In this document: positions 1-13,878 of the stretch, one piece after another
Numbering within the stretch: the stretch's first letter is position 1
Layout: each line of letters begins with the position of its first letter
Position numbers and translations under genes: made by a program
Source: Eukaryota sp. GEM-RC1
Taxonomy: Eukaryota
DNA: 64,000 nucleotides
Reading direction: 5' to 3'
NCBI GenBank assembly: GCA_040285855.1
Contig: JAUFOQ010000005.1
Coordinates: forward strand, 2,294,001 to 2,358,000
Notes under the pieces: generated by a model
What the model was told of the DNA's origin: nothing
Databases searched by the model: none
The model's input: the letters and a program-made list of their open reading frames with translations, nothing else

Positions 1-3000
1 CAAGATCAATTCATTTAGGTCGTTCTAAGAACACTGGACCGCGAATACATTACAGCACGTAATAAAAAAAATGTGACAATGAACTGGGACATCCTTGATC
101 ACCAACAAAGATGGTTAGATTTCATTCGTCGCTGCGACAAAGTCCTCAACAGAAGCACTGTGGTCAGAACCGAAAACTTATACGTCGCTTTGGAAGAGAC
201 TATCGTAAGCAGAGCTTTGCTGACCAACATTGAGATCGACTACGACCATTATTTACTTGAAAAGCTAGGTATCAATTAACGGAACTTTACTAAAGAAATT
301 AACTGAATCGGATATTGACTTTCAGCTAAATTTAAGCTTATTTTTCAATATGAACCAGTGCATTGAGTCTCCAACAAATGATGGGAATTGCTCCCATTAT
401 AATGAGAATTAGATGAATCACGACAGGAGATCAAAATGATGCAAAAACAGTCTTTAGGAATTTAAAACCAAAAATTCGCAGATTTCACCCAAATTTATAC
501 GAGGGTTCCAAATTCTCTGCACGACCTCTATCAATGTTTGAGCAGTTTGATAGAGATTAATGTAGTGTAGTTGGTGTTTTATAAAATTGTACTTGGACGT
601 TTCTCCTTTAGAGTTTACTAGGATACAACCAGTCTTGATGCAAACATTGATATAGCTTCAATCGTAGTTTTTATAACATTTAGTTCTTGTAGTAAGCCGG
701 TAAGAAATATTTGCAGAAGACAATGTTTTCAAATGGACAATCACAAATTTCCCACCAAAAATTCAAATTTTGAAAACAAGTCTCGGACGCTAAGGTAGTG
801 TTGTTGTGAACCAGTTAAGATCTATTAAACTTGTCAAGTCCAATAGGTGTCTCTAGAGTAGTTTGAGATTAGTCACATGTCATCACGAAATTGATTTCAT
901 TTCAAATTATTGCAAAAACATTATTTTTTAAACGTCATGTAAGCGAGTTAAAGAAACGAGCGAATATATTTTAGAGTGTTCTGTATAGCAACAACATGGA
1001 TTGAATCTTCGGTCTATTATCGTTAGCTTGAAAGCATCGACACAATAATTTTGGTTCTACAGTTTACAGTTTGAAAGAGCTACTGTTGCATAAAAAATAC
1101 AGTATTTACTATCAGATTCAATCCTACAGATCTTTATTTAAAGTGACAAAGTTCAGAAAGTTCTATCAAATTGACTATCATGTAGCATTTGATTCAATCA
1201 TAGTGATTCAAGTAAATACTAATTTCAACCAATATCATGAAGAACAATTTTAAAAAAATCGATGAAGGACTCAAATGTATTCTATGTTAAAATTTCAAAT
1301 ATACCTCTTTTAAAAAAAAAGTGATTGTAGATCAGCTTATTGTATTGTGCACGAAATTCTAACTTATCTAAACTAAACTCATTTTCTATCCAAAAAAGAA
1401 ACTTCTCTTTATGTCCTGTTCAAAACATTGGAGGTACTCTCAACATCTCTCCTAAAAAGGACGATGAATCAATCCCAATACTCATGTGGAACCTCACCTG
1501 AAAAGGATCGATGGAATCTCAAAATGTTCCCGTGGAACAACAACGAACACCCTCACAATTGGTGGAACTTCTCTTGAAACGGGAGATGATATCCCCAACT
1601 CCTTTTTGAACAGAAAATATATCCTCTTCTATATGAATGACGGAACCCTTCCTGTGAAGAACAAAACAAGTTCAGTAATCATCCTATTAAGGATAAGGAG
1701 TGGCAATTGTTGAAACAAAGTCAAGTAACTGATACAACTTCGATCGACATTCAGTATCTAAAACTTTTGAAAACATGTTGAGGACTCCATCTTTTAAAAA
1801 ACCATAGTAATATGGCGCTAATTCGCAATGACAATGACCTCCAAACATATTTCTTTTCTGATGATGACCTTGAAAGCCTTGGAAATATTTGAAATATTTG
1901 ATGCTGTAATGACAGCTGAAATTAAACTTCTTCGTGATTTAGGTAAAGTTGACAATTCCACAGTTCTCTCAAAATTTAGTGAGGATCTCAGTTTGTTCTC
2001 CAAACCCATTACACTCGCCAACTTTTTTAAATTTTTTAAATTTGTGTACCTCGAGGGACGATTCTCTCGAATTCACTGAATGTACTGACAACATCCAGTG
2101 TTTTGTTGTTGTAAAAGGATCTGACAATAATGTACTCTTGTAACTGTTGCAAAAAGTTGACCTACATTTAGAGAAATTTTGAAAATCTCGCCAACATTTT
2201 AATTCTCAGCAGATTCAAATATATGGCTGGTCTGGTACACCAGTCCACAAATTTACGATATTTAGTGGGTCCCTTGATCCAATCAATTTTGATTGAGTCA
2301 CAATCAGTGATGTCTCGAAAAAGATAGCTCTGAACTAGATCAGTATGATCTAAGATTAATGAACCAAATAACGCAATATTAGGTCGGAGTCAACTTACGT
2401 TAAAAGTTATTTAATATAGATTTAAGAATTGATCACATCAATCCATAAGTGAATTCTATTGTTCTTAAAATCATTAACCAAAATGACCTCAATAGTGAAA
2501 TTTACTTTCACTATTTGAAAAAAAGCCTCCATGAACCTAAATTAAAGAAAGCTTAAATCACAAAATTCTATGACAAAGTCAATAAAAGACAGCTTAAAAT
2601 ATATTTTGAACTTTTTTTCTCATTTGGAACTGACCAATAAACTTCAAAATTCAGACAACATTGACTTTAACCGTTCGTCAAAGGAAAGAGTCAGTTAGTG
2701 TGGATATTAATTGCTTTAATATTTGAATTTCAACAGAATCTGACACTTTGTTATTTTAGAGAACTCACTAGCGAAGAAGAGTCTGTCATCCACTTCAAAC
2801 TTTTTGAATAATCGACTAAGGATTTGAAATTGGGGGAAGAAGAAGCGATTTTTGACGTGATAACAAATGGAGAAAGTCTGGTCTTGAGTAATGATTGTCA
2901 GTCAGTCTCTTGAAGTAGGTCAGAAGTAGGTCAAAAATCCCACGATAATGATTCCATTTAGTGAATTTTTTCAGAGCTGGAGTGATCATGCGAATAAATC

Positions 3001-3733
3001 AATAACGGCAGTCAAAATCGAGTAAAGCTCACCTGGATCTGATTTACGATCACTCAGCGACTCTCTTTGAGCTTTACAAAGATTGAAGGATCAAGTTCTT
3101 TTTTTTGGAAGGAAAAAGAGATCTTGATAGAACAAAGCAGGTTTGTTCCCACAGACAAAAAGTAAAGTAATCAACAGGTAGGCAATCATCACGTGGAAGA
3201 TCTTCACTACAGGAGCAGACGACCTTCTCTTAAGAAGTTAGGGAGAGAAGAAGATGTTAGGGAGAGAACAAGAAGAAAAGGGTACCACTGTTTGAACAGT
3301 AAGTAGGTTGATTTCCTAAATGACGTACAATGTTGCGGCTTTTGAGTGTAGGAAGTGCGATGTTCGTTGAGGAAGTTGAAGCTTTTTTCCCAGAAGCTTT
3401 TGATTCCGGGACCCCGTATAGAATATAACTTAATTGAATTAAGATGTTCAGTTGAGTCTTGAGTTGACGACAGTTCGTGTAAGATCTTTCGAGGGATTAC
3501 GAGGCTATAGTAGTGTCTCTTTCTTCTTCTTTCAAGAAAAACGGAAATGTTCATCGAAGGACTTATATCCTATATGTAGACACAAGAGATCGTGCTAGAA
3601 AGACGAGATGTACGTGCGGCGGATGCAGGTTTAGGGTCATTTTCACAATGAAACAAGGAACATTGACCCAGATTTTACATTGGATATGATATCTGTTTGT
3701 TTGTTAAAGATTTATTGAGAACAACATCACGGT

Positions 3734-4066
3734 TAGTGATGGGCATAAGACCAGACTACAGACCTCTAAAGTATGGTATGTAGTCCATTCATGTTTTGGT
3801 TTAGTTTTGCGAATACATCACTAAAAAACACAACATATGGTTTCCGCTTCCACTTCAGTACTTCCTTGAAATGGAAGTCTTTTTAGCTTGAAAACTCATT
3901 AGTACATAGGTAATAATTAATTAGAGTATATGATTACCTGGTTTTGCCATAAAACACACAAATTCCTTTTCACACATGATGTCATAGGAACAAAAAATAT
4001 GTTCATTTGTACAAAGAAGAAATTCTGAGTATCAATTATTACTTTGTCTATGGACTAGAATCACTA
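3734..4066. mobile_element. Degenerate hAT-type MITE, same family as 54372-54841
   Basis: Starts TAGTGATGGGCA. The interior (gaatacatcactaaaaaa...tttccgcttccacttcagtacttcc...ctggttttgccataa) matches 54490-54650. The right end is uncertain and no TSD was seen. Confidence 0.55.
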
Positions 4067-4509
4067 AACGACAGACCGAAATGAGAAATACAAATTAATA
4101 TATATGAAAAAGTTTTGAAGTTGTCGTATTTTGGAAAACTAACTCAGATCAAATTGATAGAATAACTGGAATCATCGAATCATAACCGATTAATTTCGAT
4201 TATCCTTATTTCAAAACGGGTAAGATCATTGAAAATATTGTATTTTTTTGGATTTTCTACAGATTATTTTTTTGAAGACTGACAGACTATTGAGCAGAGA
4301 TTGGGCAAAGATACACTAGATAAAAGAACAAAAAACATTTAAATGTAAAAGGAACAAAAGCGGCGATGATAGACAATCAAACACGAAATTAGACGTGATA
4401 GGTAGGTATAAAGAAAGACAATTCGTTACGTTTAATTTGTTTAAATTGATTTTAATTAAGACACTGATTACAAACGTACTACCTCAACACGTGCTGAAAA
4501 TTGATGTAT

Positions 4510-5330
4510 TTCGTCGCTGTAAATTGGATTTTTTTGCTTTTAAAGTAAACAACAATCCAAAAGTTCTGTTTGCAAGTATTGTTCATTGTACGACTAGAAC
4601 CAAATTCTTATCAAATTTCTTCTATTTTAAAGTGATTTAATGATTCAGATCATCTATCAGATCTAATTGCTCATCCAAAAGTATTTGAAAGAATGATGAT
4701 CATGCTTGGTTTTACAAAGATTCAATCTGAGTCATTTTCCATCCTTGGGCATTGGTGTGAAAGTGAATATTCCTCCAAATTTAAAAACTGCCGTGGTGTC
4801 AAAGCTTGTTAAAGATACATAAGAAGCAGATCAAGCAAGTCAAAGGTAAATGCAAGCATTACATGTACTTTTATAATGCTTTTAAACTCATTAAAATTCC
4901 AAAGTTTTGTTCTCATGATTGATCTTGGTGCTCAGAACCAGATTTTGGTGAGATTTCTACTGTTTTAAAAAATTTCAATGCTTCAGACCATCTTCCAGAT
5001 TTGATTAAGACTTTGCATTCTTTAGAAGCCATTTTACTTCTATTTATTCTGGCTTTCTTTAAAGCATCAGTTCGAGTCATTTGCACTTATTTAAATTAAC
5101 AAATGTTTACAAGATAAAAAATCAACTGTATTAATGATTGTGTTCACCTGGTTCTCCAGCAGGTCTGTCATTAAATTTATTAAAAGTTTTGCCAAAAACA
5201 AAAACTGTCCTTGATGATGACGTGATCTAACAATGCCACATGACATCACTGTATTTGGCCAGCAAGGAGAGAACGTCACCACACTTTAGTAAGTTGAAGG
5301 AAAAAACTTGGGGATAAATACAATGGAATG
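4510..5330 (+). pseudogene. Two decayed tandem partial copies of the C-terminal half of the adjacent ORC4-like gene
   Basis: 4510-4745 aligns by eye to 6355-6600 (RCKLDFF-AFKVNNNPKVLF). 4830-5330 aligns to about 6330-6835. Both have stops and frameshifts. Confidence 0.7.
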
Positions 5331-5395
5331 GTGGAAATTGCTTCGATCTTGAAATCACTGGAGATGAAGTGACGAAAATCATTTTCTCTATTTCT

Positions 5396-6732
5396 ATGCG
5401 ACCTTTGCGAGAACCTACAAAGACACCGCAGGAATGATTGCTTACCTTGCAAACCAAAAAAAGGTGTTCTGAAGCAATTTCTGACAATCCGGTGGATGCT
5501 TCTCAGATCAACGAGTGTTGCTCTATAACCGCCATCAATGCTTCTTCCTCTCATCTCCATTATTCCCATCTAGATGATGATAAATCTGCTTCTTCTCTTC
5601 CAGATACACCCACCCTCGTTCATCAGTACCTCTTTCAATCAGTTTGTGGTCCTCACTCTTTTGAACTTCCTCGTCCCCTTGCTTCTCTAGACTTTTTCAC
5701 TCACCAGCTATACTCTGTTCTTTCTGTGATCTCCTCTCTTCAAGGAGTAGGTGTTGTTCTTACTGCGAAAGCTCCTGGTTTTGGACGAAAAGAAGTTGTA
5801 GCTGAAGTTGCGCGTAGATTGAGCAACCAACTGAAAGACTCATTCACTTTCTTGCATGTTGATGCTACTAATACTAACACTTTTAGCAGTGTTTTTGGGC
5901 TCTTATGTCGTCAGGCGGGAGTTAATGTGGGTACAAAAACTACAGAAAAGATTATGAATATTTTAAATACTGTTCGAATCAATCCAACATTAATTTTTGT
6001 TGACAATGTTGATCTTTTGTTGGAACATGATGAGAACAATTTATTTTACTTTTTAACTAGCATTTATTCTCAAAACAGTCAAGGCGCTGTCGCTGTTGTG
6101 TTTTCTTCAAATATTTGGAATTTTGCTGAACAATTGGAAATTAGAGTGAAAAGTCGGAATAATCATTTTCTACGAATTCCAATCCCGATCGTGAATCACT
6201 ATTTAATTGTTTGATGGCCAGAATGAGTATTTCAGTTGATTCCTTTACTGGCTGGCTAAAATATGAATATCCAGCTAATTGTCAAAATTTCAAAATTGAA
6301 CGATCTTTTCAAAGTTTAGTAAGGAAACATAACGAACAGGTCAAACAGTTCAAACTCCGTTGTAAATTGGATTTTTTTTCTGCTTTTAAAGTCAGCAACA
6401 ATCCAAAAGTTCTTTTCTCCCATATTGCTACTTGCTTACGAACAGAACCAAGCTTTTTTGAAATTTCTTCTGCTTTGAAGAAATTCAATGAATCAGATCA
6501 TTTAGCAGATCTCATTTACTCTGCTCACCCAGAAGTGATTGAGATGTTAATGATTATTCTTGTTTTTTCAAGGATTAAATCTGAAACATTTTCTATCTTT
6601 CAAATTGAGAATTTTTTAAAGAATAACCCTGAAATTATAAAAACCAACTGGGTCAAAGATCGTGTGCATTTAGTCCTTCAACAAGTTTTTTCAAAAACTC
6701 AATTTAATCGAAAGTTCATCAAAAACGAATAA
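5396..6732 (+). CDS. ORC4/Orc1/Cdc6-family AAA+ protein, divergent and possibly a pseudogene
   Basis: Degenerate Walker A (APGFGRK), Walker B LIFVDNVDLL, NLFYFL, and QLEIRVKSR resembling the ORC4 LEKRVKSR motif. Frameshift at about 6180. In-frame TGA at 5435 after the ATG at 5396. The C-terminus may extend to about 6853 through another shift. Confidence 0.6.
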
Positions 6733-7599
6733 TATTCTTGATGACGTGACCTTTAAATGTCCGCTGTATTTAGCTAACGCAGTGAGATCATCACCTCACT
6801 GTAACATACTTAAGGGTAATTTCTTGGGATTGAGTAGCACATTTCATAAATAAATTATTTAAATATTTAAATCAATTTATGTTTTTGATTTCTATTTTGA
6901 ACATACTTCTAATACCCTTGAACACGGAAACACCAATCTGCTACTTCAATAACTTTGATTACAAGCCTTGGTATAACGATACTACAACATTCGCTTAACT
7001 CTCGTATTCTTTTTATGGCTTTGGGACAGAGCAAAATGTAAATTATATATACGAAATGTGCTTGTTTTTACAGATCTTCAGCTTCATACTTCAAATTTTG
7101 GATATATGTGCTTTTTTTAGATTGTTTTAGATGCGACTATTCATCATTCATTGGAAGCTATGTTTATGTATATTTGTTTTGCATTCAGTTTCTAATTTTT
7201 TTAAATGTTTATAGATGCGAAGGACACAAATAGACATCAAAATTATAACTAGGAAACACTAGACGCCGAAATGTTCGGACCTCCTTTACCACATTTATCT
7301 TCGTGGTCAGTGAGAATTCACGAATTAATTTGGGTATCAATCGAAATATAGAAAAACCAAACAAGTTTTGCCAAGGTTTTGTTTTGTTTATACCGCTGTG
7401 TACAATGCAGGATGAGATCAAATTCAAAACTGAAAAACAAATCTGATTGTTCATTTTAGGTTCCTTTATCTGTTTGAAAAGCTTCTAAATGTTGAGGAAA
7501 AGAAGCGGTGTTTTATTAACTACTGGTAGACAGTTTTAAATTAAAAAACATTAAGAAGAAGTATAAGCTTAGAATGTTGAGCATTGCTCCATCAATTTT

Positions 7600-7762
7600 T
7601 ACTGGAATTTGCCTTTCTATTTCTCTCGATTAGTTGAGAAATTGTACAATTTTGGTGTGACGGTTAATATCGAAAAACGTTATCTTTTACCGGATAGGGA
7701 GGGCGGGCGTCCTTTGGATTTGGTCTTTGTATTATATATTTGCTTTTATAAATTCATATTTC
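7600..7762 (+). mobile_element. 3' fragment of CRE-like non-LTR retrotransposon (subfamily C)
   Basis: Nucleotide match to 19670-19825. Encodes NLPFYFSRLVEKLYNFGVTVNIEKR. Confidence 0.65.
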
Positions 7763-10700
7763 TCTAGACGGCTATCATTTGGGTAACGAATGAAGATGTT
7801 TCCAATATTTAAAATGTTCAATTCAATTTCATTAAGCCCTCTATAATTGCATAGAGATTGTAATCAATCATTGTTATATCAACGCATGATTTATGAACAC
7901 GTGCATAGCAGTCAAAGACAAACACGTGGTTTTCTTGTTATCACGTGTTTTAAAGATACCAGAATTCCAAAATTCAAACAGTACTGTACATTGAGAGATT
8001 AATATTATTACCATGAAAGATTCTTCATCAGGATGCTCGTTGTTGAAGTCACGTCATCGAGGACGTGACACGATTGAATCATGTGTCTAATATATTTTAT
8101 AGAACTGAAATAGTAAGATAAATACATGAACTTGAACTCAATATCATTAAAGGAACATTCTTTGTCATTAAAACTCATAGAAGCTTTTTCTTCATATTAT
8201 ACAATACTGGTAGTCGTGTGTCCAGTAACAGTACAGTGTATGTCCAAACTAAGTTATAACTCACTTCAATTAAAGTTTTGAGGATCGATACTCAAATTGT
8301 ACATCATTTATTAAAATTTCATGGGAAAGAAATCGAACTGAGAAGAACAGATTGCTTGAGGTGCTAGCTCAAGACGAGGATCAACCCAAAATGAAGTCAT
8401 CTTCTAATATAGCAGCTTTCTCCGCCAAACAGTTTGTTGTGTCCATTTGTAAAGATGTTTGTTTCACGTATTTCATTGATAGTTATGCTCTGTTTATATA
8501 TATTCCAGTCAGTGATCGTAATGACTGTAGCGTTCATGTTTCCTAAATAACACCACGATTACATGATCACATGATCACTTGCTTGTTTTAAGTACATGAT
8601 TTGTCGTTGTGGTCACAAATACATGTGTACTTTTTTTAAAAAAATAGCTTGTTTGTCTGTTTGATCAATGGTATCCTATTTATTCATTCTGTATTATATG
8701 TCTCGTATTGTATACAATTCTTTGGAATTTATTTAATGGTAACCAATGGGGTCACTTCTTTGAAACCATAGCTTCCTTACATAACTCTTATATTCCTGTT
8801 AACTAATCTCTTAATTATCCTAACTCATCGGGCTTCTACATCATTATTAAAAATAAAACTTTGCTAAAATATTTGAAAGTTTCCGAAAGCTTTTGACAAC
8901 CTTCAATGATCACGTCACTAAAGGGATCGCTTCTGAAATTGATCGATCTCCTCCTGATTGTCATGCTATTACTCGGTGTTTAAACTTAAATCTTCACTCA
9001 TATACAAACCCTTCCGATCCCAAAGATCAGTCTGAAAACGGTTTGTAATTTATGATTTCGCCCATATCCACTTGTTTTGGCTGGTGAAAAGCTTATCTGG
9101 ATGCTAGAATTTCGCTGTAACTCAAGTTTACTTTTCTGCCAAAACAACAAATGTTCTTTCCGGAGTATCCAACTTAAGGATTTAGTTCTCTGACAAAAAC
9201 AGTTACTTATGAAAAAACTTGACATATTCAAAACCCTTCAAAAAGTTTTATATCATGAGTTAATTGTCGTGTTCGATTCATCGACCTTAACTACGTCCAA
9301 TTCTAATGATGCCGAAGAACAACAAACGGATGTATTCAAAATGACTAAACTATGGAACTTATTTTCGATTCCTTTTAAAGCGTTTGTTGATCTTTCAAGC
9401 ACTAGTGTCGTTGAGCAATTTTCTACTGAATTTCGAAATCAAATTCAAATTAATTGGAAAATCAATGATTTTTTGTTAAATTGTGGCCGTTGGTTCTCCT
9501 CCTGTCAGTCTTTTCAACAATAGATTGGGGAATTATTTGGATCGGTATCCACTTGTTTTGGATGGTGAACAGCTTATTTGGATGCTAGAATTTCTGGAAA
9601 ACATCGTCAACAAAAAAGTCTGTGTTTCACTTTTTTGAGTGACTAAAAGTGGCACTATCCAATTTAATCATAATTAAATAATTGAAATAGTTGCCCAGCA
9701 AAAACAGTTATTTAGTTCAAGTATAACTTTTAAAATGTATATTTTTGAAAATTAAAAAAAAAAGATTCTAAGTAGTGAAAATTTCTTCCACAACTGACTA
9801 GAACCATTTAATATGATTATTGATAAAAAAAGAAGTCACTAGAAGTCAATAGAAAAGATTAGCTAGATTAAATGAGTACTCCAACACCGTTAAGTAAACT
9901 AGTGATTTCACTAGTGGATGAGAACAATTGGAAGTATTCTTAAGAGAAAGACAAAGTAACATGTAGAGTAGAAGAATGTGAACACTTTGTTTTAAAAAGC
10001 TACGTCAGAAGCGGAAGAGAGATCACATGAAAACACGATTAAAGGGAAATGAGCAGAACAACTCCATAAGAGTACAGTAGAAGAAAACTCGGAGGAAAAG
10101 CATCGAATTGACGGTGTAAGGAGGTGAACCGATACTGCGTTGATCCTAGGTTAGGATCGTAGCCGAAGAGAAGCAAACTACAAAAGAATAGGAGATTGGA
10201 ACGAGAGTGGAACGAGATGGTCAAAAACAAGAAGATCAACTCTTGGTTTGCATGATAATTGTTCGATGTCCTTGGAGAAAGGACTGAAACCAATCCCTTT
10301 TAAGGTAATAGGCCAAAATCTCGCAGGTTTCTTGTTGACCACTGTAGTCAAAGTTAGAAGATATCCTCAGTGCTATCCAGTCTCAGTTCATGCTACGACC
10401 TCTACAATACGCTTTCTCTCTATCAATACTTCTCTGATACTTATCGTAGAGTAAACAATATTGTACAACACCTTTCCTGTACACCATTATTTCAGACAAC
10501 TTGGAACAAAATACTGCAAATCTTTGACAAGAACTTTACGAAGATCTTCATCATTCCAGAACTTTCAAAGTTCTTTGATCTGATACATGCATTGAATGTT
10601 GAGCTTTTTTGCTGCCATTTTATGGGAAATATAGAAAACGACCAAAAGGGTAACTTCATCAGTAGTAAGTATTTGAGTGAATTTCAAACTACAGTATCCC

Positions 10701-11141
10701 TTTAGATATCATGTGATCTTATGATGAGTACATAGATTCTTGTTAATTCTAATGTAATAAATTGAGTACAAACTGTCATTCTCTAAAATTAAATTATTAA
10801 AATACATGAAGTTTTATTGTTTTCATGATAATCATTCTAAATGATGACCATTTGTATTGAAAAAGTGCAGAACATTCGTTTTGATTGAACACCACGTAAA
10901 ACCACGTGATTCAATCAGAGTAATCATTTCATCACTAAAGTCAAGATCAATGAATAAAATTAAAGAGTAAGACATTAAACAATTAGGTCCATACACACCA
11001 TTTTACACAAAACGTAGCCCAAACATTTAAATTTTAAAAATTGTAAGATGGTAAAATATTTCGTTACCAATCACGTCTTTCACAATTGAAGCAAAACCCA
11101 CTCAAAAGATCATATAATTGACTTCTTATGAATTCTTAACA

Positions 11142-11915
11142 TCACACGTCATCATTTAAAGATGACGTCATCATTCTATCGAGACACCCCATAAGTTCGT
11201 TTAATTTTTGCTGTAACTCTGTCATTGCAGAATTTAAAGGGGAAGGTGACGTTGTTGGTGAAATCATTAAAGAAGACGACTGTGATAGAGAAACTCTTGA
11301 ACAATCGAGCTCTTCATCACTCAAAGAATCAATTTGATTGGAATCAGTTTGTACTCCACAATCTAAAAAGGAAGGTTTCTTAAAGACACTACGACTAGAA
11401 CGTTTTAGTCTAGGAGGTTTACGAAGTTCATTAACTTTCTTTAAAGGGAATACCTGTGTGGGAATTGTTGGTTTCCTTGGAGTGCTGGACTGTGAATGAT
11501 GGTAGGAAGTAAGAGGAGGAGCAGGGGTAGGACGTTTGGAGGAAGGTGGGAGGACTGAAGAGGGAAATGAAGAGGTATGGGATGAAGGAGGTTTAGGTTG
11601 ATGAGGAACAGAAGACAGATCTGACTGAAGAGTAGCAGAACTTGACCGTAGAAAATCCTCTATTAACGAATGAATGTCTTCTGGATCTGATGTTTCAGAG
11701 AGGCTTTCTTGTGGTTCTAAGTAAGGGGAGAGAGATGAGGTGTGGCCATAGTCAAGATCCATATCGTCAATGTCGATGTTTTCTAGGTAGGATTCCAAGA
11801 GATCAGAAGCAGAAGCAGAAGATACTGTATCGAAATGTTCTAAGTTTGGTTGATGGAGATGAAAACGACGTTGCTGATCATACTGTTTAGCTCTCTCTGT
11901 GGCAGAGATTGGCAT
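11142..11915 (-). CDS. Hypothetical Ser/Pro-rich protein with C-terminal coiled coil
   Basis: 257-aa ATG-initiated ORF with low-complexity composition. Confidence 0.7.
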   Translation of the reverse strand: MPISATERAKQYDQQRRFHLHQPNLEHFDTVSSASASDLLESYLENIDIDDMDLDYGHTSSLSPYLEPQESLSETSDPEDIHSLIEDFLRSSSATLQSDLSSVPHQPKPPSSHTSSFPSSVLPPSSKRPTPAPPLTSYHHSQSSTPRKPTIPTQVFPLKKVNELRKPPRLKRSSRSVFKKPSFLDCGVQTDSNQIDSLSDEELDCSRVSLSQSSSLMISPTTSPSPLNSAMTELQQKLNELMGCLDRMMTSSLNDDV

Positions 11916-12299
11916 ATCGTCAGTATAATGAGGTGGGACGAGGTCGTTTTAATAGTGTGCAAAGTTAGTTCAAAGCAAAAAGACACGATTTTGCCCTTCT
12001 CCCTTGTCTAGTCACAATTCCAATTTTGTTGCAAATCTGATTTATACTTATAGAACTTACATCACGACACTACATCACTTTGGAAGAACTATCACTGACA
12101 CAAATCAAATCAATCACACGAACGTGCAGTTATCTTTCTTGAATTGAATACATCAAAGCCAAAAGGCTATTTGCGAATGTTAAAAACGACAACATTATTT
12201 TCTTCAAATGCCTCTTATTTGAGTTCATCAAATTAACAAATTGCAATGTTTTCAAATCAATGTTATCTTTAAAAAAATAAACACTTCATATATACACAT

Positions 12300-13365
12300 T
12301 TATCTCCGTGATAATCCAAAAACAGCCAAAATCAAAACCAAAAATGAAATCAACAATAAAGATACAAATCCCATACTTTTACTCGTTTTAAACCTCCACA
12401 ACACAACTTTACCTTCAAGCCCCGTAGTCAAATACAACGAAGCAATTTCTGAAAAGAAGAAATAGAAGTCACTGAAAAATGTGCCTGAACTTGCTGCTTA
12501 CTGATCTTACAGTCTTCCCATCCAAAACTAGATAACATTGGAGTAACACAGCCACTGCCAGTCCCAACTAACCCACGGTAAATCATCTCTTTTGAGAGAG
12601 AATCTTGGTAAAAAGGATTGTGGATGGAGGTAGTTATTGGGAACTTAAAGGGATGGCCTTCTTTGAAATCCCAGCCAAGCGAAGACTTTCTTGCTAGAAC
12701 AATCTTACTGGATCGACCTTGATCTGGAATAATTACAAAATTTGGTTCCAATATTTGAGCTTTTTTAAAATTTAAACCTTTTCCTGGCACGTGATCAAGA
12801 GAAATCCCTGAGAACAAAAACTGTCCATAGTAAAAGTCAGATCCTGACGTTATACAAACTTCATTGTCCATCACTGCAATGTTCTTAACAGGACTATTAA
12901 TCTGACCAACTTGTCTAATGTTACCTCCAACATCCACGTGATAGATGGATCCCTTCTCAAAGCCAATCAAAACACCATGATGAGGGAGTGAAAGAGATTC
13001 CAAGATGGTCGCCCTTGTCTAGAGGGGAGATCGGCTTGTGCTTGCTTTCTGAAGTACGGTGAGGACTTACCAATGTAGTATATCTGACATTGAGTTGAGG
13101 TACATAGGGCAATGTATCGTCTTGAAGGATCGGATGTGAGAGAATATATGCCTTCATCGAAGTTCCACTTCCAAGCTATTTCAATAGAGTATGATGGTTC
13201 TGATTTGATTCGAAGTAAAGCAACGATGTTGGGAACTCCTGTATTAGACCGACCTCCACCACCGGAAACTACAGCTTCAGTTTCGGAGACCCAACAACTA
13301 CTCAGAAGTGGACATCCTAGAGAAAGTTCAGTTAGCTGTAAAACTCGAGGAATTAGAGATGTCAT
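12300..13365 (-). CDS. SEC12: Sec12/PREB-like WD40 GEF for Sar1 with C-terminal transmembrane anchor
   Basis: N-terminal VVSGGGGRSNTGVPN motif and HFSVTSI. The joined frames end ...FVSLLLISFLVLILAVFGLSRR*. Two frameshifts at about 13010 and 12455. Confidence 0.75.
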
Positions 13366-13878
13366 TGAGATTTGAGGAGAAACTCTTCGCCACAGTTTGT
13401 TGTCTTTCAGTTGCTTTGATTTTTACCACGTTAAGATTCACTGAATCGCTCTAATTGTATGCGAATGATCACCTAGTCGAAGCATGGACTACTTCAACTG
13501 CTTGATTTATCGGTATTCCTGATACAAATTTGAAACGCTATAACAACTGATCTTACATTGGTTTCAGGCTACTAAATCTAACACAGTTAAACAATGTGTT
13601 CTTGAAAAAGTATATTCAAGTCTATGGAAATGAGATTACCACATGCTCGACAGAACTTTAAATGGATAAAACTTTGTTAAGAATATAAAAGAAGTCTACA
13701 ATCAGACTAGAAGGAAGTATTCAAGAAATATGTTTTAAAAACTAAGATTTATAGTCGACGAAGAAGAGTCACAGACATTAATTTAAATATGTATGATACA
13801 AATGAGATCAAAAACGTGAGACAAAAACGTCCCCTTAATTCCTCAAAACAAATACAAAATTTGAAGTATTCCAATAAA

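Noticed and set aside
73..279. Short ORF at the window start
   Set aside because: Possibly the C-terminus of a gene beginning upstream, but it has no recognisable motif and is preceded by a stop in frame.
3207..3660. Possible tyrosine recombinase relic (VIFYTGSRNQ on the minus strand)
   Set aside because: A single short motif among stops, with no HxxR or catalytic Tyr region recognisable.
9872..10705. Possible zinc-finger or transposase pseudogene (VTCRVEEC...DHMK)
   Set aside because: Too decayed to assign. No catalytic motifs or termini found.
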